Below are positions 1 through 12,792 of a stretch of 64,000 nt of DNA, one piece after another. A model generated the notes under the pieces. It ran no database searches, was not told the origin of the DNA, and was given only the letters and a program-made list of their open reading frames with translations. Source of the DNA: Octopus sinensis (taxonomy: Eukaryota); NCBI RefSeq assembly GCF_006345805.1, contig NC_043008.1:62744001-62808000 (forward strand). Direction: 5' to 3'. Every line of letters starts with the position of its first letter. Within the stretch, counting starts at the first letter, position 1. The translations under genes and the position numbers were made by a program.

Positions 1-204
1 TCTGAAATGTGTCCACTTCCAGTGTAAAAATTGTGATTTGAATTATCTATTTAATTTGAACATGACTCTCCTACATTTTTTCATCATCATCATAAATATC
101 ATTGCCATACTCATCAATGGCATTGGTAATTATGAGCATCTTATGGCGGTTTCGATTTGTGTCAAAATAATTTTAAACTTTGGCACAAGGCTAGTCATTT
201 TAAC

Positions 205-378
205 AAGTAGTGTTAGTCAATGAAATCAACCCTGGTACTTGACTGCTACTTATTTTATCAACCACAACCCCAGAATGAAGGAAGTCAAATGAATTGCTGC
301 AGGATTTGAACTTAAAACATATAGAGCTAGAAATACCACGAAACATTTTATTTGATGTTCTAATAATTCTGTCAGTCC
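205..378 (-). mobile_element. Degraded SINE family B copy
   Basis: Diverged match to other family B copies (ggtacttg..tttatc..gaatgaagg..ggatttgaact). Confidence 0.5.
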
Positions 379-543
379 TAAATCTTGTTCAGTCACTTAA
401 ATTTTAACCTATGGCTTGCTAAAATTGATCGAAAGATCTCAATGATTTTTATTTTGAGTAATTTTTATAGTATAGTGCAATATAATTGTAGTATCGAACA
501 ATACAATTACAGTATAGAACAATTAAATTCGTGGCTCATTTAA

Positions 544-682
544 CCCTTTCATTGACATACTTCTGTCGAAATATGAACTGCCTTTGTTAATTTAAAAAAT
601 AATGAAGAATTTAGTAAACTAACTTTGTCTTAATTAAATTGATGTTTGAAGCATTAATTAACATGAAATTTTAATAGAAGGT
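544..682. mobile_element. Short TTAA-flanked MITE (piggyBac-like ends)
   Basis: ttaa|ccctttc...gaaggt|ttaa; internal similarity to the MITE at 38014-38235. Confidence 0.55.
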
Positions 683-1322
683 TTAACCTTTTACTATTCA
701 GATTTTTTTGTCACATGTAAAACTAATTTTTCACATGGGTTTGAATTAGGCATTATCTCATAATTTTGAGAGGTCAATGATGTGGTTGTTGAATTTTTAG
801 AATGACATTGTTGGGTAGGTGTGAAAGATCAGACTTAGCTAGTTTGAACATAAGACAGATAACATATTCGAGCTGGATATGGACAGTTTCACCCTTTAGC
901 ATTCAGATAACTCTGTCAAATGTAAAGCCTGTTTAATCACATTGTTTTAAATTAATTGTACAGCATCTTGTAACTGAGATTTTGACGATGTCCCTGTTTA
1001 TTTTTAGAATGACTTTGTAGGGTAGGTGTGAGAAGTCAGAGCTGGCTGGTTTGAGCATAAAACAGGAAGACAAATTTGGCCTAATATCGCTGGTTTAACC
1101 CTTTAGCGTTCAAATTAATATGTCATAAGTAATCCTTATTCATTTACATTTTATAAAATTAATCTAGTATTATCTTGTAGCTTCAAGATTTGAAAGACGT
1201 AATTGTTTATTTTTAGAATTACATTGCAGGGTAGGTGTGAGATACTGGTTCTGGCCAGTTTGAACATAAAATGAGTAGAATATTCGGGCCGGATATAGCC
1301 GGTTTAAACACTAAAGTGTTAA
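683..1322. mobile_element. Three head-to-tail copies (~205 bp period) of a TTAA/CCCT-ended MITE
   Basis: Units start near 683, 891 and 1095 (accctttagc-like) and share tttttagaatgacatt..gggtaggtgtgaga..tttgaacataa. Same family, opposite orientation, at 28512-29145. Confidence 0.75.
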
Positions 1323-1330
1323 ACACTAAA

Positions 1331-1397
1331 GGAACACATATGCCATTGAAACTGGGAAACCGGGCCCATGAGCCTGGCTAGGCTTTAAAAGGTTGCA
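1331..1397 (+). mobile_element. 3' fragment of SINE family D
   Basis: gaaactgggaaaccgggcccatgagcctggctaggcttt matches the 3' part of the copy at 52833-53095. Confidence 0.6.
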
Positions 1398-2277
1398 GTT
1401 AATTTATCTTTTACATAATACTACTTGAATGACCTATACAAATTGTTCTCAGTTAATAATCATGCTAAAGGGTTAAATTCAGATCATTTTAAAGAAACAG
1501 GTTTATATAACAGAACCAAGACTGGTTTGAGAATGATTGGTACTGTAAAGGTTAAAATTTTAAAAAAAAGCAAAAGTGAAGAAAATATGCAGTCTGTAAT
1601 TTTGCTAACAATAATCATTTCTGTATTTGACACTTAGAGTTGTATATTATTGAGAGGAGAATTGATTCTTGGTAAACAACTCAGATAGATTTGGTTTAGT
1701 AAACAAAACAGTTTTGTTCAGGAATAAAATGCAATACTTTTAGGAAATATTTTAGTTCAAACTTCCAAATGTTTATTTTTCCAATTTGTTAGTGTATTTA
1801 TAGTTTATTGTTTCTGGCAATGAAACACTTCTGAGTTAGAATGCATGGCAATGTTTTATTTATATCAACCAATGTTTTACAAATAGCATCAATTGAAGAT
1901 TTACATACATATGTTTCTATTTAGCTTCTGGTTAAGATCAATGAATCATTTTGCGACAAAACTGTTATAACATAATGTTCTAAAATATCAAACATTACCA
2001 AAAATAAATAAATAAAAGAAAGAATAAATAAATAAATAAAAATAATGCCACAGCAAAATATATATGGGAAATTGCAACCTTCACAATCAGTACTGGTTAG
2101 ATTCAAAATTATTTGTATGATATTTCACCAATATGTACAATAATTAAGATTTCATGTTAGCAACAACTGTTTTTTCTTTTTTTGGTGTTTGCTCTCATTT
2201 CACTTATTATGGTTATATAGACCTTTGTTATTACCATTCCATCTTGTTGATATCGTCTTCAATGTGTGTACCTATTA

Positions 2278-2513
2278 CCTATTTCTTTATTACCCACAAG
2301 AGGCTAAACATAGAGGGGACAAACAAGGATAGACATAGGTATTAAGTCGATTATATCGACCCCAGTGCATAACTGGTACTTAATTTATCGACCCCGAAAG
2401 GATGAAAGGCAAAGTCGACCTCGGCGGAATTCGAACTCAGAACATAGCGGCAGACGAAATACCACCAAGCATTTCGCCCAGCGTGCTAACGATTCTGCCA
2501 GCTTGCCGCCTTA
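2278..2513 (-). mobile_element. SINE family B, full length, 22-bp TSD
   Basis: B-box-like gagttcgaattcc on minus. Core ctttcatcctttcggggtcgataaattaagtaccag resembles the Meta/MESC SINE domain (from memory). TSD gtgtgtacctattacctatttc at 2264-2285 and 2515-2536. Confidence 0.85.
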
Positions 2514-3660
2514 GGTGTGTACCTATTACCTATTTCAACACTGAGTATTCCAATCACTCCACTGTTTGCACACAGTTGAGAGGGACTTCAATGTTGTCAA
2601 GAACATGACATTTTTCTAGTGGTGGCAGCATGGCAGCATTTAAAATGGTACCCAGTAAACTTTGTGAAGTGGTTGGAGTTAGGATAACCCAAAATGTTGT
2701 AGTAGGACAAACCAAAATGAAACGCAAATAATGTGAGACCCCCCCACACACACACATACACAAACAGCCTAGGTGTGCATATTTTGACTCTACATGCCAT
2801 ATGTATTTATTGCCTACAGGGAGCTAAATACAGAGAGGAAAAGAGGGATTAAGTCGATTACATTGACCCAAGTACATAACTGGTACGTATTTAATTGACC
2901 CCAAAAGGAGGAAAGGCAAATTTGACCTCAGCAGAATTTGGACTCAGAATGGGACGGCAGACGAAATACCTATTTCTTTATTACCCACAAGGGGCTAAAC
3001 ATAGAGGGGACAAACAAGGACAGACATAGGTATTAAGTCGATTATATCGACCCCAGTGCATAACTGGTACTTAATTTATCGACCCCGAAAGGATGAAAGG
3101 CAAAGTCGACCTCGGCGGAATTCGAACTCAGAACATAGCGGCAGACGAAATACCACCAAGCATTTCGCCCAGCGTGCTAACGATTCTGCCAGCTTGCCGC
3201 CTTAGGTGTGTACCTATTACCTATTTCAACACTGAGTATTCCAATCACTCCACTGTTTGCACACAGTTGGGAGGGACTTCAATGTTGTCAAGAACATGAC
3301 ATTTTTCTAGTGGTGGCAGCATGGCAGCATTTAAAATGGTACCCAGTAAACTTTGTGAAGTGGTTGGAGTTAGGATAACCCAAAATGTTGTAGTAGGACA
3401 AACCAAAATGAAACGCAAATAATGTGAGACCCCCCACACACACACACATACACAAACAGCCTAGGTGTGCATATTTTGACTCTACATGCCATATGTATTT
3501 ATTGCCTACAGGGAGCTAAATACAGAGAGGAAAAGAGGGATTAAGTCGATTACATTGACCCAAGTACATAACTGGTACGTATTTAATTGACCCCAAAAGG
3601 AGGAAAGGCAAATTTGACCTCAGCAGAATTTGGACTCAGAATGGGACGGCAGACGAAATA
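2278..3660. repeat. Near-perfect tandem duplication (691/692-bp units) containing SINE B copies
   Basis: 2278-2968 vs 2969-3660 differ by about 3 substitutions and a C/CA-run length change. Confidence 0.95.
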
Positions 3661-3894
3661 CCTATTTCTTTATTACCCACAAGGGGCTAAACACAGAGGG
3701 GACAAACAAGGACAGACATAGGTATTAAGTCGATTACATCGACCCCAGTGTGTAACTGGTACTTAATTTATCGACCTCGAAAGGATGAAAGCAAAGTCGA
3801 CCTCGGCGGAATTTGGACTCAGAATGTGACGGCAGACGAAATACCGCTGAGCATTTCACCCGGCGTGCTAATGATTCTGCCAGCTCGCTGCCTT
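3661..3894 (-). mobile_element. SINE family B, full length
   Basis: Same head, core and tail as 2278-2513 but with distinct substitutions. Confidence 0.85.
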
Positions 3895-4221
3895 ATATCC
3901 TATATAAAAATATGCACTGAATCTAACTGTGATAACCTGTCCAAATTAAAGCATAAAACAATGATAAACACCGAGAAAAATAGTGTGAGCGATAAATAAA
4001 GGCAAGAATAAGCTATGGCTCATATGAATGAATCCTAAATTCTCTGAGAAACTGGTTGTTTGATAGTGATGCAAATGTAGCGCCAAAACTGTAACAACTT
4101 TCCATGCAGGCACAAGTGTGGATGTGCATAGAGTAAAAGGTTGGCTTTTCAACCTCATGATTTGATTTGGTAGAGGGAAGCTCAAAGAAGCTCAATGTGT
4201 GTGTGTGTATATACATATATA

Positions 4222-4565
4222 TATAACGGGAAGCTTTATGAAAATAGACAAAAGACGAAGGCAGGTGGGAAACAAACAAACAATTGTATTAGAATGGCGC
4301 TCAGGAAATATAAATAAAACAAGTCTTTAACGTTTCGATGTGTATATATATCGCCATGTTGATTCGCTAGCTTCTGCACGCATTTTTTTTTCTCTCCTTG
4401 TTTCTTTCCGTGTTTCTTTTCTGTGTATCTTTCTGTTGAAGAGCATAGGCTCGAAACGTCAAAGACTTGTTTTATTTATATTCCTGAGTGCCATACTAAT
4501 ACAATTGTTTGTTTGTATTCCACCTGCCTTCGTCTTTTGTTTATTTTCATAAAGCTTCCCGTTAT
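4222..4565 (+). mobile_element. Penelope-like fold-back element (~115-bp inverted arms) in (TA)n
   Basis: 4222-4338 is the reverse complement of 4451-4565; HHR-like fold at 4428-4465; related fragment at 59545-59636. Confidence 0.7.
4428..4465 (+). ncRNA. HHR-like fold with variant core (CUGUUGA)
   Basis: tcttt-CTGTTGA-a-gagc(atag)gctc-GAAA-cg-TC-aaaga. Stems I and II and a palindromic ACGT stem III form, but conserved A6 is U. Confidence 0.4.
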
Positions 4566-5346
4566 ATATATATATATGTATATATGTACACACACACATA
4601 TATATATATATACATATATACACATACACACATGCACACACACTCACATGTATGTGTGTGCATGTATTTATGGGTGGTTGTACATGTACACTCAAAAGTG
4701 TGCGTGTATCTGTGTCCTTACCTTTACATCGTGTGATAGTGTAAACTAGTGCCCCATCATGGGAGCAGTATACTTTATTTCCAATGTTGCATGGAAATAT
4801 ATCTGGTCACAGGGAAATATTACCATACCCGGAAACAGCTGCAGGATGATGACAGGAAGAGCATCCAGCCATAGAAAAATAAACCCGCTTCGACAAATCC
4901 CATCAAATCCATGTGATCATGTTAAAACGTATGCTACGACAATAGTGACAAGGATGATATCCACATTATTTTGGCATAAGTGGTGAAAAAGAATTAAATG
5001 TTAATATATTAGACATATGTCAGTAAAGTCACTTTTGCAGGTTTACATTTTGATATATGCAGAAGATAAAAGAACACATTGAAGTACAATAGATGTAATA
5101 ACATAAAAGTATGTTGCTTTACAAAGTGGATTATGTTTTATGATATGAGGCGATCTAACACTAAAACGTTGACTTTAAAAGATACATTTTACACAGTTTA
5201 GCCTACAAGTGAACACTTTATCGTTGAAGTGTCAAGTGTGGCTTGGTGTTGTATTTATGAGATAGTGTTTGTTTTTTTTTGTTTCTGTAAAAGTTGATTT
5301 CCTTATACATATGCCTGAATACAGCAGATTGTCAAAAATATATAGT

Positions 5347-5387
5347 ACTAGCACTATGACCCGGCAACGACAGGTCATAATGCTAGT
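5347..5387. repeat. 41-bp hairpin with Helitron-like CTAG termini
   Basis: actagcactatgacc-cggcaacgaca-ggtcataatgctagt; second copy at 13309-13349. Confidence 0.65.
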
Positions 5388-5400
5388 ATATATATATGTA

Positions 5401-5449
<49 letters not shown>

Positions 5450-5880
5450 TTCTCAACAAGGATTTCAGGGGAGAGTTTCAGGGAGTCGCTGGCGATGTAT
5501 CGTGATGTTCAAAAATCCGGCCTGCTAAAATTTGTTTAAAGTAATTCAAACTGCAGACTCAAAGCAAAATGGTCACATTTAATTCAAAGCATTAAAAATG
5601 TTATGAAAACAATTGGTATGTGTTCACAAAGTCCAAACGATTAATATGAAAAAACCCTCCAGTTCATTCAGCTGTAGAAATGTGTTGCAATGTCACTGGT
5701 GACAAGCTGTATCAGCCTTTGCCTTTTCCTTGTATAACATCAGTGGTGTGGGGAGGGAGGCAGGTATGCATGGGTGAGTGCTGGTCTTTCATAAATAAAC
5801 TTGCCCAGACTTTTGTCTAGGAAGAGGACTTTCTAGGGTGCAATCCCATGGTTATTTGTGATCGAAGGGGCTCTTTAGCC

Positions 5881-6052
5881 CATATATATATATATATATA
5901 TATACATATATATATAATATATATATATATATATGTATATATATATGTATATATATATATATATAGATATATATATATATATAGATATATATATATATAG
6001 ATATATATATATGTACATATATATATGTATATATATGTATATATATATATAG

Positions 6053-6126
<74 letters not shown>

Positions 6127-6127
6127 T

Positions 6128-6165
<38 letters not shown>

Positions 6166-6172
6166 CATATTT
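5881..6172. repeat. Long interrupted (TA)n microsatellite
   Basis: Seen directly; one of many such tracts in the window. Confidence 0.95.
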
Positions 6173-6331
6173 ATTTATTTTATAGAAGGAGCTTCTACAG
6201 GACTAGAACTGTTTCATTCAAATGAAACAGTTCTAGTCCTGTAGAAGCTCCTTCTATAAAATAAATTAATTTACTCTGCTATATATTGAGTACCTTATTT
6301 ACTGTGGTTAAACCCGACTCATTCCGGGACC

Positions 6332-6377
<46 letters not shown>

Positions 6378-6560
6378 AATATATATATATACATATTTAT
6401 TTATTTTATAGAAGGAGCTTCTACAGGACTAGAACTGTTTCATTCAAATGAAACAGTTCTAGTCCTGTAGAAGCTCCTTCTATAAAATAAATTAATTTAC
6501 TCTGCTATATATTGAGTACCTTATTTACTGTGGTTAACCCCGACTCATTCCGGGACCTAC
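6170..6560 (+). mobile_element. Two tandem copies (226-bp period) of a Penelope-like palindromic element
   Basis: Palindrome atagaaggagcttctacaggactagaactgtttcatt-caa-atgaaacagttctagtcctgtagaagctccttctat plus a shared ~70-bp right extension. Third copy at 14832. Confidence 0.75.
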
Positions 6561-6566
6561 ATATAT

Positions 6567-6617
<51 letters not shown>

Positions 6618-6782
6618 ACATATATATGTATATATCTATGTGTATGTGTGTATATATATATATATATAAAATAACAAGGGTGAAAAATTGAATTCTAATT
6701 TGATTAATATCAATTTAAAACCAGTGGTCTAGCATAAAGAAAAATCTGAAGATTCAGAAAAATTATATTACATATATATAAG

Positions 6783-6939
6783 AGGGATGACAACTAAGTG
6801 GACATCCATTATGCTAGAACTCGACCCCATATCGTCTTACCACTAAGAAGAACCTCCCTTGAGGACATTCCTTTCTTAGTGGTAAGACCATAGGGAATTG
6901 ACTTCTAGCATAATGGATGTCCACTGAGTGGTCATCCCT
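6783..6939. mobile_element. Fold-back element (~65-bp imperfect arms), probably Penelope-like
   Basis: agggatgac..gtggacatccattatgctagaa..gtcttaccactaagaa is inverted as ttcttagtggtaagac..ttctagcataatggatgtccac..gtcatccct. Confidence 0.6.
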
Positions 6940-7725
6940 TATGCATTACATGAATTATATTTTCAGAAGTTAAACACATATAGTATTAAATAAATAGACA
7001 TACTAATTGTTGAAGAATTTGTTATTGCAACTCTGCTTATTTAATCATCCTTACTGTTATTACTATTAGCTCCCACTCTTTCTTTCTTTTTGTTTTTATG
7101 GAAAGGACTATTCTTGTTGATATTCCATGCTGCTAAATCGTCTCCACATATTTCTGTATGGTGTCATAAATATTTTCCTTGTATTTAAGGTGATTGTTCA
7201 AATTTAAGTTAATTATTCAGAAAAGCGTTTGTAATGCTATAAACCTAATGATCCTCATCAAATTTCAGTTTGTATACCAGAGTGATATATGTGTGTGTTT
7301 GTATATATATATATATATACATTTATAAACACACACACTCATACATATATATGTATATATATGTATATATGTGTGTATAAATATATATACATATATTTAT
7401 ATATGGTAGTATTAGCACGTACCATTTACACACATACATAGAGACATTTGGCAATGTTCTATTTCACTGAGAAATATTCCATTTGTCCAAATTAACATTC
7501 AATATTTTGTGTTTAATGAATCAGTAAATCTATGAAATGTTCATATATCTGGAACTTCTTGCAATTTCAACGATTGAAACAACAATTTCCTCCAAAATAT
7601 TACAAAGGTAAAAGAATAAAAAAAAAATCAAAGGACAAAAAAAAAGAGTCTTTATAATATATGAAAAGAGCTTTTCATCATATGTTAACTGTCAAATTGT
7701 AAAACTGAATTCATTTTAATTGCAG

Positions 7726-7800
7726 CTTCTCCCAATAACTTCAAATTTAATTCATTGCATAGCCTGAAGCTATGTAGTTCTGTTTTAAAATTTGGTGCAA
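7726..7800 (+). CDS. Candidate 75-nt internal exon (SPNNFKFNSLHSLKLCSSVLKFGA), unidentified
   Basis: tcattttaattgcag acceptor, gtatga donor, open in phase 1-1; no recognisable homology. Confidence 0.2.
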
Positions 7801-8289
7801 GTATGAATATATTTGAATATGATATAAGACATGTATAGCACAGCCAATAAATAAAGTTTGTACACATAGCCAATATTTAAAATTGGCCACAATATGAGCG
7901 TTCACTAACTAGGTTAATTGTTATTTATTGATTAACATCAGTAAACATGATTTAATAAGAAATTGAAATTAACTGAGTTGGAATGATAAATCTTTGGTAT
8001 GTCTTCTTTGGTATATGTTACTTTAAGATTCTCATTTACATAAGGTCTTGATATTAATTTGGTATGAATTAAAAGTCTACTTTTAACCTTAAATTACTAT
8101 TCTGGTTTGATTCAGTAATTGTAATATTGGCAAATTATGTAATTACATGTTTGGCATGCAAATTTTTAATATTAATTCCTGAATCTCTATACATAGACTA
8201 TATAATTGTATTCAATAATTCTACTGACTATTGAACTGCATTTGTATTTTCGCTCCTAATTCTATCCCAAGACTTTATTTTTATATCTA

Positions 8290-8676
8290 CTGGCAGTATC
8301 GCCTGGCGTTGCTCGGGTTTGTTTTGACCCTTTGGAATTGGAAATTTTGAAAAGTAAAAATTTTGCATTATGTAGCTTGTTATTCTTTTTAAGTGAACAT
8401 TTTTCTGGTTGAAATACACTGAAAAATGGCGACACAGCAGTAAAATATCGTAAATAATAGGGATTTTCATAGAAAAAGCACCTTTTTGATGTAAATAATT
8501 TTTGGTCTTAACATGGTCCAATTTGAATTTTATTTCCTACGGAATAAAGAGCAAGCCTTCTTTTATCATACTCTCAATTTTGGACAACTTGCGCCACAAG
8601 GTTTCGGAGGAGGTAGAGTTAGTTGAAGGCTACCAAGCCTGCCACACACAGACAACTTCAGCTTTATATATATAGA
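8290..8676 (-). mobile_element. Non-autonomous Helitron
   Basis: Minus strand starts TCtatatatataaagctg and ends with hairpin cccgagcaacgccagg then CCAG; inserted between A and T without TSD. Confidence 0.8.
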
Positions 8677-8959
8677 TTTATCTATTTATCTATTTATTCC
8701 ATTTTGTTCTTTCCTTTAGAATTGAATATTTAATTAATTTTATGTACCTGTTTGATACTTATTTTTCTTTATTGCTAATATATTTTCATTTCTAAGTATG
8801 GATATACGTCTGCTGTTTATTCCTAAACATTTTTTTTCAGTGGCTTGAGAAACAATATGGTTTTGTCTGAAATGTTTTTGATTTCAGCTGATACAAAATT
8901 CATTGTATGTTACACACTGAACTACTAAAGAAGCATCTGTGAAGTCACACAACCTCCTG

Positions 8960-9243
8960 TGGAGGCACATGGCCTAGTGGTTAGAGCAGCGGACTTGCAG
9001 CCAAGGGATCGTGCGTTTGAATTTCAGACCGGGCAATGTGTGTGTTTATGAGCAAAACACCTAAGCTCCACGCGGCTCCGGCAGAAGGTAATGACGAACT
9101 TCTGCTGACTCTTTCACCACAACATTCTCTCACTCTTTCCTCCTGCATCTTGCAGCTCACCAGCGACGGACCGGCGTCCATTCCAGGTGGGGAACCTATA
9201 TGCCAAGGAAACCAGGAGACCGAGAAGGAACAAACAAACAACA
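8960..9243 (+). mobile_element. tRNA-derived SINE family D, 13-bp TSD
   Basis: A-box tggcctagtgg; TSD acacaacctcctg at 8947-8959 and 9244-9256. Confidence 0.85.
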
Positions 9244-9618
9244 ACACAACCTCCTGGAAATAGCTAACAAATCTCTCTCATATCAGACCCAACAAGACAC
9301 TTTTAAAAAGAAGTCATATTGTGTAATATTGCCTTGAGAAAGACATCATCTAAAAAATTAATACATGATGGTTATGGATGGCTGGAATGCCTTAATCAAT
9401 TTGCTTGATCAGAGATGACTTAGGTTATACAATGATAACATGTAATGTTTGCTTATTTTTGAAATTTTCTTGAGAAATATTTACATTTCTGCATATTTCT
9501 TTTTCCTGCATATCATTCAGTTATTAATTGGTTCTCTATGTATGATTGGTCTCCATGTCTATCATAAATCTGAGAAAGACATATGTATGTAAATATACAC
9601 ACACATACATATATTCCT

Positions 9619-9649
<31 letters not shown>

Positions 9650-9732
9650 GATATGTATATATGCAATGTGTGTGTGTAAATATATATAATATACATACGT
9701 TTAAGATATATGAATTTATGTATATACATATA

Positions 9733-9785
<53 letters not shown>

Positions 9786-9814
9786 ATATATATATATATT
9801 TATTTATACAAACT

Positions 9815-10012
9815 TTCGTTTTTGGATTTAGTTTGCAAAATTCTTTATGTGAGTTCATGTGTTGAAGCATATCCTGTTGTGTCTGGGAAGAGTCATTTTA
9901 TTTTGGTGACTTATAATGTAACACACTCACCGATAAAATTTTCACTTATTTCTTATTTTTATTTTCTTAAAATTTTCGTTGCGTCTTGCAACCTTTTCAA
10001 AAGTCTTGACTC
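9815..10012. repeat. Unclassified ~200-bp dispersed repeat
   Basis: Reverse-complement copy at 31045-31240. Confidence 0.7.
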
Positions 10013-10923
10013 CGACCGTTATTTACAATGCATTCCTTTTTGTTTATTTGTGCGCATGTGTGTGGGTCAGTGTGTGTGTGTGAGTGTGCTTATGCATGCA
10101 GGCATGTATGTATGTATTTATGTATGTATGCATGTGTGTGTATGTATACATGTGTGTGTATACATATGTATATATGTATGTATGTGTGTGCATTGTATGT
10201 ATATATTCTGCATATTCATGTGCTTGCGTGTCCGTGTTTATGTTTTTTATGTAAGTGTGCGTGCGTGTGTGTGTGTTTGTGTATGTATGCACCTCTTTCT
10301 CCTTGAGTTTGCATGTCTGAGTGTGTGTGTGTGATATGCAACTACATACCATGTTTCTATGTATAGATGTGCATCTATACATATGTGTGGACACGTGTCT
10401 CCGTATGTGTCCTTGTGTGGAGTAAAGTGTGTGTGTATATATGGTCATGTGTTTCAATTTCCATTTGCGTATGTGTGCTCGTCTGTTCATATAACCTCTG
10501 TACCAATCCGTCTGTATGTTGATCTGTTTATTTTCATATCCATATGCTTACATACATGGGCATATGCACATATATACATACACCCCCTTACACACACATA
10601 TACATCTATCTACATAACAGCCAACTAACTATACTACTCTACCTATGTAAACCAAGGGTATGGGGGTATGATATCTACTATGTATATTTCCTATTTAATG
10701 TATTTTATATAATCTGCTATTCTCTTATTCTATTACTTTGGAGTGCTTACAGCAGAGTTTCATTGATACAGAGAAATTTTTATTGACACATCTTTAAATA
10801 ATATATATATATAAATATATACATATGTGTGTGTGTGTATGTATATACCTATATGTGTATATAAATATATATGTATATATATATATGCAGGTGTATGTAT
10901 ATATTTGTATATCTATTTATCTA

Positions 10924-10982
<59 letters not shown>

Positions 10983-11534
10983 ATATATATATATATATAT
11001 ATATAGGTATATGATATATATACTTATGTATATAAATTTGCTTCTAATTAACTCAATGACTTCTGCTTTTTTCTTAAATCTATAATGAATGATTCAGTGG
11101 TTTCCAATTTAAAATGATGGCTAATTTGCTTCACTTCTAATCTGTAAAAGTAATTAGTTTCCCCCCTGTTGTAGTTGCGTTAGTTTGAAACTTAGCCTAT
11201 TAAATATTTTTTTCGTAAAATGGGAATTTAATAGAAATTTCAAATTTGAAGAGGTTTGATATTTTCATATCCCACTAAGTATGAAAGAGATATTGTAGAA
11301 ACCTCTTTCTTGAATATTTCAGTGAAATATATATCCCTAAATATAAATGCATTTTTGTTTATTTTTTTCCAGCCAGCTCATCAGTAAATTTTATTTGATA
11401 CAATATTATATATTTATTTTGTTTGTAAATGTCCATGACTGTAAACTGATGTGTTTCGAATTATAAACAATCATCCAAGAAATAAATGGTTTATGGTATT
11501 TTACCAGTGCTGAGAGGATCTTTGTTGGCTTAAG

Positions 11535-11570
<36 letters not shown>

Positions 11571-11571
<1 letters not shown>

Positions 11572-11755
11572 TTTATTTAAAAGCAGCAGAAATTTAACAA
11601 AAGCTGTTACTCAGAGTTTCACATTCCTGTTCGTGAAACTCCGAGTAACAGATTTTGTTAAATTTCTGCTGCTTTTAAATAAAGCATATTACTCTACCTC
11701 TGGTATTTGTGTACTCTTTTTTCCACCTTGTTTCACATTTATGTGTTTACTCTGA
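11571..11755 (+). mobile_element. Penelope-like fold-back element with partial HHR
   Basis: Inverted arms across 11571-11684; both carry GAAA-ctc(c/t)gag-TA-acag. The CUGA part is lost at the fold. Confidence 0.65.
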
Positions 11756-11819
11756 TATATATATATATATTCTAACAGAGAACCTCGGCTTTGCTTGGGA
11801 TTAAAATAGCATAATTTTT

Positions 11820-12110
11820 TATTGTTTTAGCTGTTTCGGTCATGTGACTGTGGCCATGCTGAAGCACCACTGTTGGTCAAACAAATCAACTACACAAGTT
11901 ATTCTTTGTAAGCCTAGTACTTATTCTATCAGTATCTTTTACTGAGCCACTAAGTTATGAGACTGTAAATACAGCAACATCAGTTGTCAAGTAATGATGG
12001 GGATACAAACACACACACACACACAAATATACATGTATATATGACAGTCTTCTTTCAGTTTCCGTATACAAAATCTACTCACAAGGATTTGGTCAACCTC
12101 AGGCTATAAT
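11820..12110 (-). mobile_element. SINE family A, head truncated
   Basis: Matches the body and tail of 28631-29039. Confidence 0.8.
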
Positions 12111-12155
12111 ATATATATATATATGTATCTGTGTGTGTGTGTGCATATATATATA

Positions 12156-12426
12156 TATCTGTAAAATAATATGTGACAATTATTCAATAGCCAAGATAAA
12201 ACTCTGAGTTTCGAAAGCCGAGGTGGAAATCCACAACACCATCTCTTCAGTTATCTGGCCATCTAGATAACTGAAGAGATGGTGTTGTGGATTTCCACTT
12301 TGGCATCCGAAACTCAGAGTTTAATCTTGGCTATTGAATAATTCTCATATATTATTTTACAGATAAATTTCCTCTATTTACATAATATTGAGGTCTCTTT
12401 CTTCTTTTGTTATCTTACCGTTTTTA

Positions 12427-12430
<4 letters not shown>
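12156..12430 (+). mobile_element. Penelope-like fold-back element (~100-bp arms)
   Basis: 12156-12256 inverted at 12265-12365, then a right-hand extension. Related copies at 40280-40470 and about 15620-15670. Confidence 0.75.
12265..12327 (+). ncRNA. Putative type I hammerhead ribozyme
   Basis: agataa-CTGAAGA-gatg..catcc-GAAA-ctc(a)gag-TT-taatct. The inverted arm preserves a perfect ttatct stem I partner. Confidence 0.6.
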
Positions 12431-12475
<45 letters not shown>

Positions 12476-12689
12476 TATATATATACGTGCACACATATAT
12501 ATATCTATATACATATACATATATATATATATAAATATATACACATATATATATACATATACATATATATAAATATATATATACATATATATATAAATAT
12601 ATTTATACATACATATACATATACATATATATATATACACACATGCATATACATATATGCATATATATATACACACACATGTAGACATA

Positions 12690-12720
<31 letters not shown>

Positions 12721-12733
12721 GTGTGTGTGTGTG

Positions 12734-12772
<39 letters not shown>

Positions 12773-12792
12773 TATATACACACGCACACATA

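Noticed and set aside
2402-3299. Repeated ORF MKGKVDLGGIRTQN..
   Set aside because: Antisense reading of SINE B within the tandem duplication.
9970-10012. HHR-like gttgc(aagac)gcaac-GAAA in the 9815/31045 repeat
   Set aside because: The upstream core reads CTTTTGA or CTATTGA and no stem I forms; too degenerate to call.
8888-11385. Micro-exon look-alikes near 8890 (17 nt) and 11370 (11 nt)
   Set aside because: Too short to distinguish from chance without RNA data.
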